This document shows, one piece after another, positions 45,841-52,918 of a stretch of DNA of 52,918 nucleotides. Position 1 is the first letter of the stretch. Each line of letters starts with the position of its first letter. This DNA is from Gonapodya sp. JEL0774 (taxonomy: Eukaryota): positions 124,001-176,918 of the forward strand of contig JADIIX010000035.1 in assembly GCA_027604505.1 (NCBI GenBank), read 5' to 3'. The notes beneath the pieces are model-generated. The model did not search any database. It was not told the DNA's origin and saw only the letters and a program-made list of their open reading frames with translations. The position numbers were made by a program, and so were the translations under genes.

Positions 45841-48800
45841 ATGACAGAGTCTCCAAAAACAGGTGGTGAAGCGACAACATCCGCATCTGCTGACCCTTCC
45901 GCACAATCTGGGACAAAACGACGTTTCGAGTCCTATGGGTGAGTCAGACGATCGCCGCCAAATGTATTTTGACCAAAACTGATTTAGACTGACGTACAAA
46001 CGATTGATTCTGATTTACCGTCTATTGAAACCCCATCCCACAATACTCCTTCAACAGATATGATGGTGTGGCACAACATCCCAACACTCAGGTGGAAACA
46101 GGAGATGATTCCATTCGCGATCTAGACTCAACGGATCCTTTTTCTGGAGTTGATCCTCATTCCTACCTTTCGCGACTCGGTGACTCCACGGCTGCTAACA
46201 GGTCCGAAGTGAAAGTTCTTGTTGCTAACAGAGGAGAAATCGCGATCAGAGTAATGTAAGCCCCCACTCGGTTCGAAGCAGCCCGATTATTGAGGATTGA
46301 ACGTTAACTTTGTGCTTATATTCGGTCATCGATCAGCCGTTCCACTCACGAACTAGGGTACCGTTCTGTTGCGGTATTCTCCTTCGAGGACCGCCTCTCT
46401 CAGCATCGTTACAAGGCAGATGAGGCTTTTCAAATCGGAGGAGACGATCACTCGAGGTATTCTCCGGTGGGTAGCTCCGCTTCGTGGTGATGTCCGACAG
46501 GCATTCACTCTGCAATGATTCCAGGTCGGGGCTTACCTCGCAATCGATGAAGTCATCGCAATCGCGAAATCACGAGTATGTTGTGATTTTTATTGTGACA
46601 CTGGATTCCGTCCTTCAGTTTACATACTTGCCATCGTGTCTCCCTGTGTTCCAGGGTGTACACATTATCCATCCCGGCTACGGCTTCCTCTCAGAAAATT
46701 CGGAATTCGCTCGGAAATGTGAGGCTGCCGGTATTGCCTTTGCAGGCCCGAAACCCGAAACCATCGACGCCTGTGGTGATAAGACCAAGGCTCGGGACCT
46801 CGGTGAGTTATCAACGGTGATCTCGTTTCCTTCTCAAGGTGGCCCATGAATTTTCCTTTTGTTGCGCTTGGAAATGCCGGGCTCATTGATAGCAATTCGT
46901 AACAACGTGCCCGTGATCCCGGGGTCAGGCCCCCTTAATTCGCCGGAGGAAGCAGTGGCGTTTGCCAAATCGGTTGGACTACCAATCATTCTCAAAGCGG
47001 CATTTGGTGGTGGTGGGCGCGGAATGAGGGTGAGTATGATGTGATGTGCTACCGATAACTGTGAAGTGATATCGAGGTTTCGATCCGGAGGTCGTGCGAG
47101 ACATCAAGGACCTCCCCGATCTCTTCAACAGCGCCCGCTCTGAAGCTCTCACTGCGTTCGGTGATGGTACTATTTTCCTGGAAAAGTTTGTGGAGCGTCC
47201 TCGTCATATAGAGGTTCAACTTCTCGGCGATGGACAGGGCAACGTGATCCACTTGTATGATCGGGATTGTTCAGTTCAAAGGAGACACCAAAAAGTGGTG
47301 GAGATGGGTCCTGCGCTCGGAATCGACCCAGAGACAAGAAAAAAAATGCTCGCGGATGCTGTAAAGATGGCCAAGGACGTGAATTACAGGAACGCTGGAA
47401 CAGCAGAGTTTCTGCTAGATCGGCAGGGAAAGTACTACTTCATTGAAATCAACCCGCGTATTCAAGTGGAGCATACCGTAACGGAAGAGATTACCGGAGT
47501 CGATTTGATTGCTCTTCAAGTGAGTTGATTAGTCTCCTTTGTCCTGATTAACTGGATTCGGGCTCGATGGCGTAACAGGTTTCTCTCTTGACACTTTGTA
47601 GCTGAGGATTGCTCAGGGTAGCTCTTTGCCCAGTCTAGGCGTCACGCAAGAGTCCATCGCAGTCAAAGGACACGCACTGCAATGCCGCATGACAACAGAG
47701 GTACGCATTTGTTGCCTGTTGAGTTGCGAGCGTCGGTTCCTCACAAAGTCGAACTCATATGCTCGCGATCACAGGATCCGGCAAAGAATTTCCAACCTGA
47801 CACTGTGAGTTTGGAGACAAATGATTCTCTCCTAGTCAAGACTCACATTCTATGGTCGCGTCATCAGGGCCGCATTGAAGCGTACCGATCTCCCGGCGGT
47901 CCCGGTGTCCGACTGGACGGAGGGAATGCCTTTGCCGGAGCGATCGTCTCCCCGCATTATGACTCTTTGTTGACCAAGATAACTTGTCGTGGTCAGAATT
48001 TTGAAGGTAAGTGGCGTTGCCGTGCTGGTCCATTGCATCGCCAACCACCTGTTTTCAGACGCTAGGCGCAGAATGATCCGGGCGCTCGTCGAGTTCCGCA
48101 TCCGCGGTATCAAGACCAATGTATGGTTCTTGACGCGTTTGCTCACACACCCGACCTTCGTGGCTGGTACGCAGATGTGGACAACTTTCATCGATGATAC
48201 ACCAGAACTTTTGCAAGGTGTGCGGTTCCGTAATCGAGCCTCAAAGCTCCTTTTCTACCTCGTAAGTGTCTGGTCTTTCAAAGGTGGCATATTGTGAGGT
48301 GACGACTTGGATTGATACTCGTAGGCGGATATCGCAGTCAACGGAAGTCGTGTGAAGGGCCAAAATGGTGTTCCCACTCGTGAGTTCTCAAATCAGAATC
48401 TTTCTTACAGATCCTCAACGGTTTGATGTTGTTGTAGTCCGCTCCCCAATCCCTATCCCCACACTCCCCAGTGTGCCTTATGAAGTGGCGACAACCACTC
48501 CCTGCACGGAGGGTTGGCGGAATGTACTCCTCAAAGAGGGTCCCGAGGGTTTCTGCAGAGCGATTAGGGCGCACAAGGGATGTTTGATTATGGACACAAC
48601 CTGGCGAGATGCTCACCAAAGTCTTCTGGCAACGCGAGTCCGCACTGTGGACATGGCCCGTGTTGCCACGACGACGAGCTATGCCCTCAAAGAAGCGTTT
48701 GCTTTGGAAATGTGGGGCGGGGCAACCTTTGGTGAGTGTCGGGTGTACGCCGACAATGCTTCCTATCACTTCAAGTATATATTGGTCTTTGCAAAAGATG

Positions 48801-51264
48801 TGGCTCTTCGCTTCTTGTGGGAAGACCCTTGGGAGCGACTTACGAAGCTCCGTGAAATGGTTCCCAATGTTCCATTTCAAATGCTTCTTCGAGGAGCCAA
48901 TGCTGTCGGATATACCAGGTAAGCTTACGAGTTACTTTCTACAGCCAATGATATTCACTTAAGTTGGCAGCTACCCCGACAATGTTGTGTATGAGTTCTG
49001 CAAAGTCGCCCGGGAGAAGGGTATCGATGTGTTCCGAGTGTTTGATTCGCTCAACTATCTTCCAAATCTGGAACTCGGAATCGATGCGGTGAAGAAGGCT
49101 GGTGGGGTGGCTGAGGGAACGATTTCATACACTGGGGATGTGTCGGATCCAAGGCGAACGAAATATTCCCTCGAATATTATATCGACCTCACAGATCAGT
49201 TGGTGAAAATGGGTATCCATATCTTGGGGATAAAGGACATGGCTGGCCTGTTAAAGCCGAAAGCCGCCACAATGCTTGTCGGTGCTATTCGCCGCAAGTA
49301 TCCAGATCTGGTCATTCACGTGCACACCCACGACACCCCTGGAACGGGAGTGGCGAGTATGCTCGCTTGTGCAGAGGTACGAAGATTGAAAATTTCTCTC
49401 CGCGATTCCACTCGCACTCAAAGCGTTTGTGCTTCAGGCTGGTGCGGACATTGTCGATGCCGCAGTAGATTCCATGTCCGGTTTAACCAGTCAACCGTCA
49501 ATGGGTGCAATTGTTGCTGCGCTGGCTGGGTCGGACCATGAGACTGGTATACCTTTCGAGAATGTTTCAGCCTTGAACAGCTACTGGGAGCAGGTTCGTC
49601 TGCTTTACTCTGTGTTCGACCCAGGCCTCAAAAGCGGTGATTCGGGAGTGTACCTCCACGAGGTGAATTTTCCTCTCTCTCCTTACGGCGTAATTCATTC
49701 ACGTACAGCAATCTCAAGACTGTACAAAATTGCCACAAATGTCACAATTTTAGATGCCTGGTGGACAATACACGAACCTGTTATTCCAAGCCCATTCGCT
49801 GGGACTCGGAGCTGTTTGGAATGATGTCAAGCGAGCGTACATTGACGCCAATCTTCTGTGTGGTGATATTGTCAAGGTCACTCCCTCCTCCAAGGTAATC
49901 CCCAATCTGTACTCGAGGATTAGATCGTTGCTATGAATGACAGTTTCTTGTCTTAATGCAGGTCGTCGGAGACTTTGCCCAATTCATGGTTTCCAACAAG
50001 CTTTCAAAGAAGGATGTGGAAGAAAAAGCGGGATCTTTGAGCTTCCCGACGTCTGTGGTAGAATGTGTGTCGAAATCTTATTTGTGATTGATGGTGCCCG
50101 CTGGATAACCGTTCCATTGATTCAGATTTCCAAGGATACCTCGGTCAGCCTCCTGGTGGATTCCCGGAACCTCTTCGCTCAAAGGTGATTCTGGCTTTGA
50201 GAAATAGAGTCACTTAATGCTCAACTTCCGTACGGTTGGCACGGCACGTAGATCATTCGCAACCTTCCGAGAATCGAGAATCGCCCTGGTGCAGATCTAG
50301 AGCCTCTGGACCTCACGCAATTAAAGCAGCAGTTGACCGAGAAGTACTCAAAAGGCTCTTTTGGCGAGGGGACCGCGGATCCGATCGAGGACACAGACGT
50401 TCTGAGCGCGGCCCTCTACCCAGCGGTCTTTGACGAGTTTCGAAAGGCTCTGGCGAGCTACGGAGATTTGAGTGTATTGCCGACGCAATATTTCCTTGCA
50501 CCCCTTCAGATTGGTGAGTGAGTGGGTGTCAGAACGAGTGATCGGAGACCATTCTCACCCGGTTTTCGCATCTCCCATCACACCCAGGTGAAGAAATGCA
50601 AATAAACGTCGAAGTAGGCAAGATTCTCTTTGTCAAACTTTTGGCTATCGGGCCAAGTAAGTTGTTGAATTCTTCTTCAGTTCCTGAATGATGGTTTACC
50701 GATTCAATCGCGCAGCGGATCCTCTCACTGGGAACCGAGAGGTCTTTTTCGCGCTTAAGTGAATATAACCCTTTCGACTTCATGATGTTCAGCGCCTTAT
50801 TCACTTTGGCGTCCATTTTTCAGTGGCCAAACGCGCATGGTGCAGGTTCACGACGACAAGGCCGCCGTCAAAGCGATTCAACGAGTGAAAGCGGACCCGA
50901 ATAAGCCAGGCGATGTCTCGTGTCCTATGAGGTGAGCTGTGTTTCAATTCTTATCAATAAAGCGATCAATCACCGTGGGTGGTTCTCGCGCAGTGGTGTG
51001 ATAGTGGAGGTTCGTGTCAAGCACGGTGCCGTTGTGCGAGTAGGAGATCCGCTCGCGGTGCTCTCGGCGATGAAGATGGAGACCGTGAGTGTCTCTCGCC
51101 CCATTGACTCGTGCACTGCAGGAAAATTGATCTCTTGTGTCGTCTTAATTACCCTTCAGATTGTAGCCGCTCCTGTCTCGGGAGTGGTTGACCGCATTGA
51201 AGTGTCTGCGGCGGATTCCCTCAATCAGGGAGATTTGATATGTTCCATTATTAAAGATTCGTAG
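45841..51264 (+). CDS. PYC1: Pyruvate carboxylase, many exons
   Basis: Biotin carboxylase motifs ([63 protein letters not shown]); carboxyltransferase motifs ([54 protein letters not shown]); biotinyl motif AMKME. Confidence 0.98.
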
Positions 51265-51329
51265 TTTTGAGTTGAGAATGTATTGTGTTGTGTCGGGTCC
51301 ATGATATTATCACAAACCATCACAAAGAA

Positions 51330-52572
51330 ATGAGCCACAGACTGAACACCAGTGCCCAATGCGTTCTCCGAAAGCACAGCACAACCCGTCCTCTATTGGG
51401 GATCCCCCGTGGAAATCCGTCTTCCTGCCGTCCCTTACGGCCCTCACGTCCCCGCTGGTACAGCACCATCACCGAAAACACACCATCAACCCCCCCACCA
51501 CCCCCGGTAATCTCCAGTATCGATCCATCCGAGATCGCGAAGTTTTCTCAACTCGCAGAGTCATGGTGGGATCCCGATGGTCCGTCCAAGATGCTACATC
51601 TCATGAATGGCGCCAGGGTAGGGTGGATTCGGGAGTGCATAACGAGGAATATGACTTGGAAGATGACAGGAATGGGACTCGAAGGAATCAGGATTCTTGA
51701 TGTGGGATGCGGGGGTGGTTTCCTTACAGAGGTAAGTATTTTGTTCAGCAGTGCATTCAGATAACATTGACATTGACTGTACCATTTTGTTTCTCATTCT
51801 TTATGGTCAGCCTCTCGCTCGGCTAGGAGCTGAGGTCGTCGGAGTGGATGCTGCGCGACAGAACGTCCAAGTAGCGATCTCCCACGCAATGAAGGACCCA
51901 ATGCTGCGACGGGCAGATGGGACGTGCATTATTGATTATCGGAATTCTACTGCTGGTGAGAATAGTGTTCTGCATCTGAACTTATGGTCTAGCCAGCTTG
52001 GTTGAACCTCTTTGATGGTCTTGAATACCACTTTCATACCGCTTGCCTCCCTTTCACTCGTGTGCCGTCCGTTCCTCTTTCAACAAGAGTCACTTCTTGC
52101 AGATGGGGAGAAATTTGACGTCGTTTGTGCTATGGAAATCCTCGAACATGTTGTCGACCCCGTGCAGTTTGTCGAGCTCTGCTCCGGGCTGTTGAAGGTG
52201 TGTACTCTTGTTGTTCGAGATGTGCGGAAATTGAGGAGAGGATTCATTGTAAGCAATACTGTATTGTCTCAGCCGTCCTCCCTGTTACTTGTCTCCACCA
52301 TATCCCGCACCCCGCTATCATACTTCTTGACCGTGTTCCTCGCTGAAAACCTCTTTCGCATAGTACCTCCTGGCACTCACGACTACTCAAAGTACCGCAC
52401 CCCCAGTGAAGTCGTGGACATGATGCGGCGGGCAAACCTCGATGAGGTGGAGAGGAAAGGTGTCTGTTGGAACCCTTTGCTCAGCCGTTGGGAAGTCGGT
52501 GGGGACGGAGATTGGGAGACTGGAGCAAACTTTTTCATTGCAGGAAGGGCCATGGGGAGTGGAGCAGAGTAA
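51330..52572 (+). CDS. COQ3: Ubiquinone biosynthesis O-methyltransferase
   Basis: Presequence-like N-terminus; SSIDPSEIAKFSQLAESWWDPDG...LHLMN..RV; ILDVGCGGGFLTE|PLARLGA; FDVVCAMEILEHV; STISRT..SYFLTV..AE..RIVPPGTHDYSKY. Confidence 0.95.
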
Positions 52573-52918
52573 TAGAACCATGACGTTCATTGAGACATTA
52601 TTTTCCATTTTGACCGAATTCACAAATCCACCCGTAAAGACCACATAGTAAGCAGCGATCAGTGATCTGCAATAATATATCAATGACTGTGATTCCGCTT
52701 TTCTGATACGGGAACATAATACCCTGGCAAAGCCTGGGTAGCTGGACCAAAGCCACGCCTCCACCCAACCTACATCCATCTACCCCCCGACGACGGTCAG
52801 TGTTGGCATCTGCGAGTTTAATCAATTTTGTGGATTTGTGTGAGCGTGCTGACGGGAATTCTGACGGCTCCGTGGGCGTAAAACTTTGTTGGAATCGATT
52901 TAGTGAGCAGAAATGGTT

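Noticed and set aside
51264..51330. Operon-like PYC-COQ3 coupling (65-bp spacer)
   Set aside because: Short intergenic distances occur throughout this compact region and the two functions are unrelated, so there is no evidence for co-transcription.

Overview
This is intron-rich eukaryotic DNA with short GT-AG introns and about 50% GC. NPHP4 and a CKK/CAMSAP-like gene sitting among fungal-type housekeeping genes point to a flagellated, early-diverging (chytrid-grade) fungus; this is an inference. Conserved genes, left to right: the 3' end of glycogen debranching enzyme, a 7TM GPCR-like gene, a divergent PP2C phosphatase, a coiled-coil gene, a CH+CKK CAMSAP-like gene, a single-pass Ser/Thr-rich surface protein, PIG-L/GPI12, NPHP4, an F-box/LRR gene, an SDR, pyruvate carboxylase and COQ3. 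The most interesting part is an accessory island at ~6.1-14.9 kb with three components. (i) Two tandem, secreted, intron-containing genes encode bacterial/phage-type tail-collar (COG4675/PF07484-like) proteins, apparently a domesticated horizontal transfer, with a gene-conversion-like tract between them. (ii) Head-to-head with them is a gene of at least 17 exons that the ORF track largely misses. It encodes a signal peptide, an LRR-like head, a Thr-rich stalk built from symmetric 9-36 nt micro-exons, and four tandem copies of an unrecognised ~40-aa Cys/Trp module. (iii) A mosaic of decayed gene fragments follows (PP2C exon 1, a BRCT gene, a CLASRP-like gene). All gene models were spliced by eye and no database searches were run.
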